Shown piece by piece: positions 19,271-28,559 of a DNA stretch of 64,000 bases. Made by a program: the position numbers and the translations under genes. Under the pieces are notes generated by a model. It saw only the letters and a list, made by a program, of their open reading frames with translations, ran no database searches and had not been told where the DNA came from. The stretch's first letter is position 1, and each line of letters starts with the position of its first letter. Source of the DNA: Bacillota bacterium (lineage in GTDB: Bacteria; Gemmatimonadota; Gemmatimonadetes; Gemmatimonadales; GWC2-71-9). The stretch is from the NCBI GenBank assembly GCA_050257015.1, contig JBLMWC010000125.1, positions 1,018-65,017 of the forward strand, given 5' to 3'.

Positions 19271-19960
19271 ATGACACAACGACTTGGCGCCATCGTGACC
19301 GGTGCGCTGGCAGGGGTTCTTGCACTCGGCATGACGGCGGCCCCCGCCCGCGCCCAGGACGCGACGCGGGACACCTCTCGCGTGCATGCGACCACCCAGA
19401 CCGGGATGCAGGACACGACGCGTCGCGCCCGCGCGACCACTCACGCGCGCACGACGACGACGCGGAAGCATCATGTGACCCGGCGGACGACGCGCACGCG
19501 TCCCGACACCATGGGAGCGGTGCGCAGCGATACCTCCGCCTACCGCTCGATGGACGTGCGGTCGGACAGCGCGGTCCGCGACTCCAGCCGGAACGGCTCC
19601 GCCGTGCGGGACACTGCGGCGGTCCGTGACAGCGCCAGTGCTCACTTCAACCGTGACAGCGCGCAGACCGCGCCGCGCGCCACCACCACCAAGGGCCTCC
19701 CCGGCATGCAGGGCCTTCCGGCCGGGGCCGGCTCACCCGGCATCACGAGCTCGGCCGACACCATCGGCCGCGGCGCGAACGGGGCCGGCGGGAAGCCGGG
19801 CGGACCTCCGGTCACCACGACGACCCCGCCTGATTCCGTCCGCCCGGCGATGCCGGCCGACAGCACCAAGCCGGCCGACAGCACGAGCGCAATGCCGGCG
19901 ACTCCGGCCACGCCGGCAACGCAGCCCGCGAGCCCGGCAACTCCGGCTACCCCCCGGTAG
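19271..19960 (+). CDS. Secreted low-complexity (Thr/Arg/Asp/Ser/Pro-rich) protein
   Basis: Part of ORF 19163..19960, from ATG 19271 (GGGAGA upstream). Signal peptide MTQRLGAIVTGALAGVLALGMTAAPARAQ. Repeated (A/S)VRD(S/T) motifs and a PATPATPATQPASPATPATP tail. Confidence 0.55.
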   Translation: MTQRLGAIVTGALAGVLALGMTAAPARAQDATRDTSRVHATTQTGMQDTTRRARATTHARTTTTRKHHVTRRTTRTRPDTMGAVRSDTSAYRSMDVRSDSAVRDSSRNGSAVRDTAAVRDSASAHFNRDSAQTAPRATTTKGLPGMQGLPAGAGSPGITSSADTIGRGANGAGGKPGGPPVTTTTPPDSVRPAMPADSTKPADSTSAMPATPATPATQPASPATPATPR

Positions 19961-19981
19961 CACTCGCGGCCGCACACGACG

Positions 19982-20016
19982 AAGCCGCGCCCCGGCGGGG
20001 TGCGGCTTTGTCTTAT
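19982..20016. terminator. Hairpin terminator between convergent genes
   Basis: AAGCCGCGCCCC-GGC-GGGGTGCGGCTT: a 12-bp stem with one G-U pair, followed by TGTCTT. It sits between the stops at 19960 (+) and 20024 (-). Confidence 0.55.
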
Positions 20017-20023
20017 CCGGGCG

Positions 20024-21112
20024 CTATCGAGCCGTCGAGTCCGCGACGGCGCGCGCCAGCCGGGCGAAGGCGCTGTCGCCCTCGGCCCCCTTCATCAGCT
20101 CGCGCAGATCGGCGACGCTGCGGCGCACGTCGGCACCATGCTGCTGATACCACCGCTCGAAGAGATCGAGATGCGACCGGTAGATCGTCGCGCCGATCAG
20201 GCGGGCGTTGTTGATCGGACGGTCCACCTGCCGGCCGATCCGGTACGTCCTGAGCACGGGGCCGATCGAATCCTGCAGCTGGGCTCGCGCCCAGGCGCCG
20301 ACAACGGCGCGACCGGAGTCCACCGCCGCCGAATCGAGCTGGAGGGCGTAGAGCGCCTTGAGCCGGTCGGTCAGCTCGGTGTAGAACGCTCCGAGGATGA
20401 TCTCGTCATGCCAGCGGTCGGCGGCTCGCGCCGCCAGCGCGCTGTCGCCCCGCGAGCGGAAGAAGGTTTCGGCCGACCGGTATCCCGTGAGCTGCGCAAA
20501 GCTCTCGTTGAACGGCGTCGCGCTCTTCACGTAGAGTGAATTGTGTGCAATCTCGTGGAACACCGTCGCGGCCAGCTCCATCGAGTCGCGGCTCAGCGCG
20601 GTGGAGAGGAGCGGATCGTTGAACCAGCCGAGGGTCGAGAAGGCGCCCGACGGCCGGAGATAGACGTCGAAGCCCCTGGCCGACAGCTTGTCGGCGGCGT
20701 GCTGCGCTGCCTTCGGGTCGAAGAAGCCCTTGTACGGCATCCGGCCCACGATCGGCCACTTCCACTCGTAGGGGCAGAGGCAGTTGCGGGGGGAGGCCTG
20801 CAGGACCAGCAGGAGGGTGTCGCGGCCGACGTCGGCGAACGTGGTGTACGTCTGTCCGGCCTCGAGACCGAGATCGGCGGCGTAATTGCGCACGGCGACG
20901 ACGAGATCGAGCGAGCGCCGGAGCGCCGGCGGCGTCGCACTGTCGGCCAGCACGTCGGCGATCGGCTCGCGCGCCTTGAGGATCCGGGTCTCCTCGAACC
21001 CCGCCCGCGTGAGATAGCGGACATCGTCGCTCGCCACGTACGCCGTGCCGTAGCCGCCGAGCAGCACGCCGACGACGATCAGGAAGATCATGACACCCTT
21101 TCGGCGACGCAC
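20024..21112 (-). CDS. Predicted zinc aminopeptidase (DUF2265/COG4324-like), membrane-anchored
   Basis: ORF 20024..21112. N-terminal TM segment MIFLIVVGVLLGGYG and HExxH motif VFHEIAHNSLY. Confidence 0.65.
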   Translation of the reverse strand: MRRRKGVMIFLIVVGVLLGGYGTAYVASDDVRYLTRAGFEETRILKAREPIADVLADSATPPALRRSLDLVVAVRNYAADLGLEAGQTYTTFADVGRDTLLLVLQASPRNCLCPYEWKWPIVGRMPYKGFFDPKAAQHAADKLSARGFDVYLRPSGAFSTLGWFNDPLLSTALSRDSMELAATVFHEIAHNSLYVKSATPFNESFAQLTGYRSAETFFRSRGDSALAARAADRWHDEIILGAFYTELTDRLKALYALQLDSAAVDSGRAVVGAWARAQLQDSIGPVLRTYRIGRQVDRPINNARLIGATIYRSHLDLFERWYQQHGADVRRSVADLRELMKGAEGDSAFARLARAVADSTAR

Positions 21113-21120
21113 CGTCCGCG

Positions 21121-22830
21121 TCAGCGGATGCGCGCGATCCCGATCCGCGGCACGGCGGTCGTGCCCAGCGTCGAGCCGGTGCTGTCGGAGAGCTGCAGAT
21201 CGAGTGCCGCGCCGGACGGGTCCTGGATCACCAGCAGGTGGCGGCCGGATCCGTCACGCAGCACGCCGGAGCGCTGGTACGGGCCGGGGTGCATGCTGTC
21301 CGGAACGAGCGGGAAGATGCGCGGGAACGTCGTCGGCAGCTGCTGATGCAGTGTCGCGTACGTCGCGCGGAGATCCCAGGTGCGGTACTGCAGGCGCGCG
21401 CTCGATGGCGTGAAGCCCGGCAGATCGTCGAGATAATTCGCGAGCTGCCACTGCGAGACGAGGAGTGGAAACGCCACCCCGGTCCGCTGCGCGACGTTGG
21501 TGCTGCCGACGGCGTTCGTCGCGACGAGCGACCGGGTGAAGTCCGTCCCCAGCGGGTCGGCGCTGAACTGGTCGGTGAGCCATCGCACGAAGAGCCAGTT
21601 GGCCCCCCGCTCGGCCAGTGCACCGGTCGACGTGCTCGTCTCCACCAGCGGCGTCGCCTCGACGTCGCGCAGGTAGCGATAGCCGTTCTGAATGTCGCCC
21701 TTGACGAACTGGCCGAAGCAACTGTGCGCGCCGGTGTCGTCGACGCAGAACGGGTCGGGGATCTGCCGCCCGCCGAGCTCCTCCGCCAGGTGCGACAGCC
21801 CCTCGTTGAGCCAGGTGTCCTCGGCCACGCCGCCGCGAACCAGCACGTGCTGGTTGAAGCTGATCATGTGCTGGAACTCGTGGATGAACGTCGGCCCGAT
21901 CAGCCCCTTCGCGTAGCTCTTGGAGATGGTGCAGCTCGAGTTGCCCGGGTCCGGCACCAGCCCGTAGAAGACCTCTCCGGCGTTCGAGCCGTTCTGGGAC
22001 GGCACCAGGTCGCTGCCGAAGAAGTAGCCGAGGATCACGCTGCCGGCGGCGTTGCAGTTGCCGCTGAGCTTGTTGACCTGGTCGGTCAGCAGGACGGCGA
22101 CGACACCGTTGCCGTCGAGGTCCGACTCGCGGCCGAAGGCGGTGGTGTCGATCGGATAGAGGTAGTCATCGAACAGATTACCCACCGAGTCGATGTCGGC
22201 CTGGGTGTACCCGCCGCTGGGCACGGTGTTGTCCAGATAGACCGCCGCCTTCCGCCCCACGTGCAGCGCAGTGGCTGTGACGCCGACGAAGCTGGTGCAA
22301 TCGGTCGTGGAGCAGACCTGGAAGGTCCGCGTCGACCCCGGGGCCGGAGGGACGAGCGCGGGCGGAGCGCCGAGGGCCGCGGAGAACGCGGCGCCCGGGC
22401 TCTCCGAGATCAGGCGCTCCCTGGCGCGGAGCCGGTTGTGGAACTCGGATGCCGGAGTCGGGGCCTGGAAGGCCTCCGCGCCCGGCAGCTCCGCCGCCGC
22501 GCCCGCAAGCGTCGGGGCAGCCGCCGCGGTGAGGGCGCCGGCCGCCGCACCCGCCAGGCGATAGCTCGTGCTCACCCCGGTACTGGTTTCCCGGCCCGCG
22601 GCGGAGAGCGCGACGTAAATGTGCTCCGCTCCGTTCGCGTCGGCCGCCGGCAGACGGATGCAGCTGCCCGAGGCCGCCGGGTCGATCACCGTGAAGTCGC
22701 CCGGCGCGAGCGCTACGCTCGAGGGATTGTTGCAGCTCACCTGCACCGGGGGAGGCGGCGAGACCGGCCCGTCGGTACAGGCGGCGGCCATCAGCGCCAG
22801 CGGGAGGATCCAGCGTCGAGAAAGGGTCAC
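21121..22830 (-). CDS. Putative zinc metalloprotease lipoprotein (HExxH...E gluzincin-like)
   Basis: ORF 21121..22830. Lipobox LALMAAAC, and motif TFIHEFQHMISF followed by WLNEGLSHLAEE. The 531-aa plus-strand ORF is a shadow. Confidence 0.65.
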   Translation of the reverse strand: MTLSRRWILPLALMAAACTDGPVSPPPPVQVSCNNPSSVALAPGDFTVIDPAASGSCIRLPAADANGAEHIYVALSAAGRETSTGVSTSYRLAGAAAGALTAAAAPTLAGAAAELPGAEAFQAPTPASEFHNRLRARERLISESPGAAFSAALGAPPALVPPAPGSTRTFQVCSTTDCTSFVGVTATALHVGRKAAVYLDNTVPSGGYTQADIDSVGNLFDDYLYPIDTTAFGRESDLDGNGVVAVLLTDQVNKLSGNCNAAGSVILGYFFGSDLVPSQNGSNAGEVFYGLVPDPGNSSCTISKSYAKGLIGPTFIHEFQHMISFNQHVLVRGGVAEDTWLNEGLSHLAEELGGRQIPDPFCVDDTGAHSCFGQFVKGDIQNGYRYLRDVEATPLVETSTSTGALAERGANWLFVRWLTDQFSADPLGTDFTRSLVATNAVGSTNVAQRTGVAFPLLVSQWQLANYLDDLPGFTPSSARLQYRTWDLRATYATLHQQLPTTFPRIFPLVPDSMHPGPYQRSGVLRDGSGRHLLVIQDPSGAALDLQLSDSTGSTLGTTAVPRIGIARIR

Positions 22831-22897
22831 TAAGAGAAGACTCCGGCAGGGGTCCTGCAGTCACAGGGCGAATTAAGATAAGACGGCACAACGGCTT

Positions 22898-22926
22898 TTG
22901 ACAATCGTAGCGCGCGCCGGTAGCTT
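22898..22926 (+). promoter_or_regulatory. Candidate sigma70-type promoter upstream of dnaE (TTGACA-N17-TAGCTT)
   Basis: TTGACA at 22898..22903, a 17-nt spacer, and TAGCTT at 22921..22926, in the divergent spacer about 130 nt before dnaE. Confidence 0.35.
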
Positions 22927-23055
22927 CTCCCGGTCGGAGGACGACGGACGTCCCGCGCCCGGGGCGGCCGATCTCCTCCATCATCCTCTGGCGCTGTCGG
23001 CTCGCGGTGTCCCGCTGGACGCTGTCGCGAGAGTCGAGTGGCGCACCCGGCGGGC

Positions 23056-26000
23056 ATGTCCTTCGTCCATCTCCACACCCACAGCGAATACTCCCTCCTG
23101 GACGGCGCGAACCGCGTCGGCGAGCTGGTCGCGCACGTCAAGAAGCTCGGCATGGACAGCCTGGCGGTCACCGACCACGGCAACATGCATGCAGCGTGGA
23201 CGTTCTACGAGGAAGCCAAGGCACAGAAGATCCGGCCGATCCTGGGCTTCGAGGCCTATCTCGCCTTCGGGCCCCGTCAGGCCCGCGAGAAGCCGGCGGG
23301 CGCGCCGGGACCCTACAGCCACCTCGTCCTGCTGGCGCGAAACCGGACCGGATACCGCAATCTCGTCAAGCTGACCTCCATCGGCTTCACCGAGGGGTTC
23401 TACCGTCGGCCGCGGATCGACAAGGAGGTCCTGGCGCAATACAGCGACGGGATCGTCTGTCTCGCCGCGTGCCTTTCGGGTGAGGTGGCGCTCCACCTGC
23501 GCCACGGCAAGTACGACGAGGCGAAGCGGAGCGCCGAGTGGTTCGCCGCCACCTTCGGTCGCGAGAACTTCTGGCTCGAGATCCAGAGCCACGGCATCCC
23601 CGAGGAGCAGCTCGTCACCAAGGGGATGCTCGAGCTGGGCCGCGAGCTCGGCATCGGTGTGGTGGCGACCAACGACGCCCATTACCTCCGCAAGGAGGAC
23701 GCCGAGTCCCACGACGTGCTCCTGGCGATCGGCACCGGAAGCGATCTGGACGATCCGAAACGCTTCCGCTTCACCGGGTCCGAATCGTACGTGAAGAGCG
23801 AGAAGGAAATGCGTGCGCTCTTCCCCGGCGCGGGCGAGACGCTCGACAACACGCAGGCGGTGGCCGATCGCTGCGAGTTCGATTTCGAGAAGAAGTACTT
23901 CCTGCCGAGCTTCCCCAGGCCGGCGGAATTCGCGACCGACGAGGCGCTCCTCCTCCACCTGGCGACCGCGGGTGCCGAGGTTCGCTACGGCACGCCGCTC
24001 CCGCCGGCGGTGATCGAGCGGCTCGACTACGAGCTGGCCGTCATCAACAAGGCGGGATACGCCGGCTACTTCCTGATCGTGCAGGACTTCATCGCGGCGG
24101 CGCGGGCGCGCGGCATTCCGGTCGGCCCGGGCCGCGGCTCCGCGGCCGGCTCGATCGTGGCCTACGCGCTGGGGATCACCAACGTCTGTCCTCTCCGCTT
24201 TGACCTCCTCTTCGAGCGGTTCCTGAACCCCGAGCGCGTCTCGATGCCCGACATCGACGTGGACTTCTGCTTCGAGCGACGCGGCGAGGTGATCGAGTAC
24301 GTGCGCGAGCGCTACGGCCGCGCCAGCGTCGGGCAGATCGTGACCTTCGGCACGATGAAGGCGCGCGCGGCGGTGAAGGACGTGGCCCGCGTGCTGCGGG
24401 TCGCCCCCGGCGAAGCCGACCGCATCACGAAGCTGATCCCCTCAGGCCCCGCCTACAGCCTCACGATCCCCGAGGCGATCCAGAAGGTGGATGAGCTGCG
24501 GGATCTCGTGAAGTCGAACCCGGTCTACCAGCGGGTCGCGAGCCTCGCCTCGCGCATCGAGGGGATCTCGCGGCACATGTCGGTGCACGCCGCCGGCGTC
24601 GTCATCGCGCCGGGCCCGCTCGACGAGTACGTCCCGGTCTGCACGGCGCCGACCAAGGGCGCCGGCGCCGCGGCGGGGGGAGAGGACTCCATCATCACGC
24701 AGTACGAGATGGGGCCGCTCGAGAAGGTCGGCATGCTCAAGATGGACATGCTCGGCCTCAAGACGCTCACGGTCATTCACGACGCCGTGAACATGATCGC
24801 CGAGCGCCACGGCACGCGGCCGGACATGGATACGCTGCCGTTCGACGACCCCGAGGTCTACGCGCTCCTCCGGAAGGGCCGGACCGGCGGCATCTTCCAG
24901 TTCGAGTCGCCGCTCGCCACCGAGACGCTCCGCGCCATGAAGTGCGACCGCTTCGACGACCTCGTCGCGTCGAACGCGCTGCTCCGGCCGGGTCCACTCG
25001 ACGCCGGCATGCACACGGTGTTCATCCGCCGGAAGCTCGGCCAGGAGCGGGTGACCTACCCGCACCCGCTGCTCAAGGACGTGCTCGAGCCGACCTACGG
25101 GGTCATCACCTACCAGGAACAGGTGATGCGCATTGCGAACGTCATCGCCGGCTTCTCGCTCGCCGAAGCCGACGTCCTCCGGAAGGCGGTCGGCAAGAAG
25201 GACTCGGAGCTGATCCGGAAGGAGCTCGGCAAGTTCGTCGAGCGCGGCATCGCCCAGGGGCATCCGAAGAAGCTGCTCGACGAGCTGGCCGCGCAGATCG
25301 AGACGTTCGGCCGCTACGGATTCAACAAGTCGCACTCGGTGGCCTACTCGGTCCTGAGTTATCAGACCGCGTGGCTCAAGACCCACTATCCGGCCGAGTT
25401 CATGTCGGCGCTCCTGTCCTCGGAGATCGGGAGCACCGACAAGGTGGTGCAGTACATCAACGAGGCGCGGGAGCTCGGGCTCGAAGTGCTGCCGCCCGAC
25501 GTGAACGAATCGGGCTTCAAGTTCACCGCCGTGGGCGACCGCCGGATCCGCTTCGGCCTCGGCGCCGTCCGGAACGTGGGCTGGAGCGCGATCGAGTCGA
25601 TCATCGCCGGCCGGCGGGAGTCGCCCTATACGTCGCTCACGGAGCTGGTCGAGCGACTCGACCTGCGGCTCTGCAACAAGCGGGTCCTCGAGTCGCTCAT
25701 CGCCGCCGGCGCGTGCGACTCCCTCGGCGGCCACCGCAAGCAGCTGGTCGAAGGGCTGGAGGACGCGCTGGGCGAGGCGCAGCTCAAGCAGCAGGAGCGC
25801 GAGGCGGGCCAGGCCTCGCTCTTCGGCGAGACGGTCGCCGGCCCCCGCCACGCCCATCCGCTCCCCGAGGTGCCGCACTGGACCGAGGCCGAGCGGCTCG
25901 CGCGGGAGAAGGAGGTCCTCGGCTTCTTCATCTCGGGTCACCCGCTGGAGCGATTCCGCGACGAGGTGGAGCTGTTCGGCTCCCGCACCACCGCCACCCT

Positions 26001-26535
26001 CGGCGAATGGAGCGAGCATCAGGTGAACGTCGCGGCGGTCGTCACGGCGGTGAAGCGGCAGATCTCGAAGAAGACCGGCAAGGAGTACGCGCGGCTCGTG
26101 CTGGAGGACTTCCACGGCACGGCGGAGGCGATCGTCTTCCCCGACGCCTGGGCCAAGCTCAACCAGATCATCCTGCCGGACGCCGCCGTGCTCCTCACCG
26201 GCGGCTACAGCGACCGCGACCGCGGCGAGGAGCGCGCGCCGTTCATCGTGGAGACCGCGCGCAACCTGGAGGACCTGAAGCGCTCGGGCGCGGTGGCGCT
26301 GAGCCTCCGCTGGCGCGCGCCCGAGGCGCCGGCCGCCGCCGCGGTCCGGGCCGCCGCCGCCCTCTGCACCGCGCATCCGGGCCCGACCCCCGTCTATATT
26401 GAATGGAGCGACGGGAACGGGGAGGCGGTCCGGCTCCGCTCCCGTCGCCTGCGTGTGGCCGCCGAAGACGATCTCGTGCGCGCCCTGCGCGACCTCCTTG
26501 GCGCCGACTCCGTCCACTACGTGAAAGCGGGCTAG
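23056..26535 (+). CDS. dnaE: DNA polymerase III alpha subunit
   Basis: ORF 23038..26535. PHP domain MSFVHLHTHSEYSLLDG and about 1160 aa of DnaE-like sequence (GRGSAAGS, FNKSHSVAYS). Start taken at ATG 23056; GTG 23038 is possible. Confidence 0.95.
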   Translation: MSFVHLHTHSEYSLLDGANRVGELVAHVKKLGMDSLAVTDHGNMHAAWTFYEEAKAQKIRPILGFEAYLAFGPRQAREKPAGAPGPYSHLVLLARNRTGYRNLVKLTSIGFTEGFYRRPRIDKEVLAQYSDGIVCLAACLSGEVALHLRHGKYDEAKRSAEWFAATFGRENFWLEIQSHGIPEEQLVTKGMLELGRELGIGVVATNDAHYLRKEDAESHDVLLAIGTGSDLDDPKRFRFTGSESYVKSEKEMRALFPGAGETLDNTQAVADRCEFDFEKKYFLPSFPRPAEFATDEALLLHLATAGAEVRYGTPLPPAVIERLDYELAVINKAGYAGYFLIVQDFIAAARARGIPVGPGRGSAAGSIVAYALGITNVCPLRFDLLFERFLNPERVSMPDIDVDFCFERRGEVIEYVRERYGRASVGQIVTFGTMKARAAVKDVARVLRVAPGEADRITKLIPSGPAYSLTIPEAIQKVDELRDLVKSNPVYQRVASLASRIEGISRHMSVHAAGVVIAPGPLDEYVPVCTAPTKGAGAAAGGEDSIITQYEMGPLEKVGMLKMDMLGLKTLTVIHDAVNMIAERHGTRPDMDTLPFDDPEVYALLRKGRTGGIFQFESPLATETLRAMKCDRFDDLVASNALLRPGPLDAGMHTVFIRRKLGQERVTYPHPLLKDVLEPTYGVITYQEQVMRIANVIAGFSLAEADVLRKAVGKKDSELIRKELGKFVERGIAQGHPKKLLDELAAQIETFGRYGFNKSHSVAYSVLSYQTAWLKTHYPAEFMSALLSSEIGSTDKVVQYINEARELGLEVLPPDVNESGFKFTAVGDRRIRFGLGAVRNVGWSAIESIIAGRRESPYTSLTELVERLDLRLCNKRVLESLIAAGACDSLGGHRKQLVEGLEDALGEAQLKQQEREAGQASLFGETVAGPRHAHPLPEVPHWTEAERLAREKEVLGFFISGHPLERFRDEVELFGSRTTATLGEWSEHQVNVAAVVTAVKRQISKKTGKEYARLVLEDFHGTAEAIVFPDAWAKLNQIILPDAAVLLTGGYSDRDRGEERAPFIVETARNLEDLKRSGAVALSLRWRAPEAPAAAAVRAAAALCTAHPGPTPVYIEWSDGNGEAVRLRSRRLRVAAEDDLVRALRDLLGADSVHYVKAG

Positions 26536-26538
26536 CCG

Positions 26539-27501
26539 ATGGCGTCCGTGTATACCCTCGACTTCGAGAAGCCCCTGGCCGAGCTCGAGCAGCAGATCGA
26601 GGATCTGCAGCGGCTCGGCCGCGACAGGCAGATTGACGTTGACGGCGAGCTGCAGGGACTCCAGAGCAAGCTGGAATCACTCCGCAGCGAGATCTACCGG
26701 AACCTCACCCCGATGCAGCGGGTGCAGCTGGCCCGCCACCCCCGCCGCCCATACACGCTCGACTATCTCAGCAGCATCTTCACCGACTTCATCGAGCTGC
26801 ACGGCGACCGGCTCTACCGCGACGATCCCGCCATCGTCGGCGGCTGGGCGCGGCTGGGCGGCACATCGGTCATGGTGATCGGCCACCAGAAGGGACGCGA
26901 CACGAAGGAGAACCTGAAGCGGAATTTCGGCATGGCCCATCCCGAGGGCTACCGCAAGGCGCTCCGCATGATGAAGCTCGCCGCGCGTTTCGGCGCGCCG
27001 GTGATCACGCTGATCGACACCGCCGGCGCCTACCCCGGCCTCGGCGCAGAGGAGCGCGGCCAGAGTGAGGCGCTGGCGCGGAACATCCTCGAAATGTCCG
27101 TGCTCCCGACACCGGCGGTGGCGGTGGTGATCGGCGAAGGCGGCTCCGGCGGCGCGCTGGCGCTCGGCGTCGCCGACCGCGTCCTGATGCTGGAGAACTC
27201 CGTCTATTCGGTGATTACCCCCGAGGGGTGCGCCGCCATCCTGTGGAAGGATGCGAACCAGCGGGAGCGTGCCGCCGAGGCGCTCAAGATCACCGCCAAC
27301 GATCTGCTCGAGCTCAAGGTTATCGACGAGGTGATCGCCGAGCCGGTCGGCGGGGCCCATGTGGATCCCGACGCCGCAGGCGAGGCGCTTCGGGCGAGCC
27401 TCATCCGTCACGTGACCGAGCTCAGGAAGATCCGCCCAGAGAAGCTGGTCCGGCGCCGCGCGGAGAAGTTTGCCGCGATGGGCGCGTACAGCGAGAGTTG
27501 A
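26539..27501 (+). CDS. accA: Acetyl-CoA carboxylase carboxyltransferase alpha subunit
   Basis: ORF 26539..27501. Motifs: [25 protein letters not shown], and [11 protein letters not shown]. Confidence 0.9.
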   Translation: MASVYTLDFEKPLAELEQQIEDLQRLGRDRQIDVDGELQGLQSKLESLRSEIYRNLTPMQRVQLARHPRRPYTLDYLSSIFTDFIELHGDRLYRDDPAIVGGWARLGGTSVMVIGHQKGRDTKENLKRNFGMAHPEGYRKALRMMKLAARFGAPVITLIDTAGAYPGLGAEERGQSEALARNILEMSVLPTPAVAVVIGEGGSGGALALGVADRVLMLENSVYSVITPEGCAAILWKDANQRERAAEALKITANDLLELKVIDEVIAEPVGGAHVDPDAAGEALRASLIRHVTELRKIRPEKLVRRRAEKFAAMGAYSES

Positions 27502-28559
27502 TGGAAGGCCAGACCGTCGAAGTCCGGTTCAAGGGAACCCGCAAGGCGTATTTCCTCTGGTCCCAGGCCGATGCGCCGCTCCGGGTCAACGACCCCGTCG
27601 TTGTCGAGGCGGAGCGCGGCCGCGATCTGGGCCGGGTCACCGCCGTGGGCGACGTCGCCGCGAAGAAGTGCGGATCCGGCTGCTCCGGCTGCGCCGTAGG
27701 CGAGACGACCCAGCCCGAGCCGCTCCGCCCGGTCGTGCGGCGCGCGACGGAAGAGGATGTGCGCTCGCACGAGGAGATTCGCAGCTCGGAGGAGGACGTC
27801 CGGCGCCAGGTGATGCAGCGGGTTCGGGCGCACGAGCTGATCATGAAGGTCAGCGACACCGAGTGGCAGTGGGACAAGAGCAAGCTCACGATCTACTTCA
27901 CCGCCGAGAAGCGGGTCGACTTCAGGACGCTGGTGCGGGACCTCGCATCCCGCTTCCGGACCCGCATCGAGCTCCGCCAGATCGGGGTCCGCGACGAGGC
28001 GGCGCGCCTCACCGGCGTCGGGCGCTGCGGCCGCGAGTACTGCTGCTCGACCTGGCTCAAGGAGCTCTCCCCGGTCAACCTCGGCCTCGCCAAGGACCAG
28101 CACCTCTCGCTCAATCCGTCGCAGATCTCGGGCGGGTGCGGCCGGCTCCTCTGCTGTCTCAAGTACGAGCACGAGTTCTACGTCAGCTCGCGGAAGCGCT
28201 TTCCGAAGGAAGGGAAGTCGCTCCAGACGTCGGCCGGCGTGGAGAAGGTGATCGCGGTGGACATCTTCCGCGAGCGCGTCTATCTCCGGGCTGAGGGGAA
28301 GCCGTCGCGGATCATTCCGCTGATCCAGCTGAGGGAGGAGATGGCCGCCGTCCAGGCCGAAGCGCCCGTCCTGGCTGCGGCGCCCGTGAAAGCACCCGCC
28401 CGCGAGCCGCGCCTCCCGGCGGCGGAGCAGACGCCGCTGCCGCCGTCCGACGGTCCCAATGCCGCCGAGACCGATCAGACGCGTCGCCGGCGGCGGCGGC
28501 GCGGGCCGCGCGGCGGAAGTCGTCCCGGCAACGGCGGTACCACCGAACCCACCGGCTAA
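27501..28559 (+). CDS. PSP1 domain protein (YaaT/RicT-like)
   Basis: Part of ORF 27228..28559, from ATG 27501 (TGATG overlap with accA). Cys clusters GRCGREYCCSTWL and GGCGRLLCCLKYE. Basic, disordered C-terminus. Confidence 0.8.
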   Translation: MEGQTVEVRFKGTRKAYFLWSQADAPLRVNDPVVVEAERGRDLGRVTAVGDVAAKKCGSGCSGCAVGETTQPEPLRPVVRRATEEDVRSHEEIRSSEEDVRRQVMQRVRAHELIMKVSDTEWQWDKSKLTIYFTAEKRVDFRTLVRDLASRFRTRIELRQIGVRDEAARLTGVGRCGREYCCSTWLKELSPVNLGLAKDQHLSLNPSQISGGCGRLLCCLKYEHEFYVSSRKRFPKEGKSLQTSAGVEKVIAVDIFRERVYLRAEGKPSRIIPLIQLREEMAAVQAEAPVLAAAPVKAPAREPRLPAAEQTPLPPSDGPNAAETDQTRRRRRRRGPRGGSRPGNGGTTEPTG

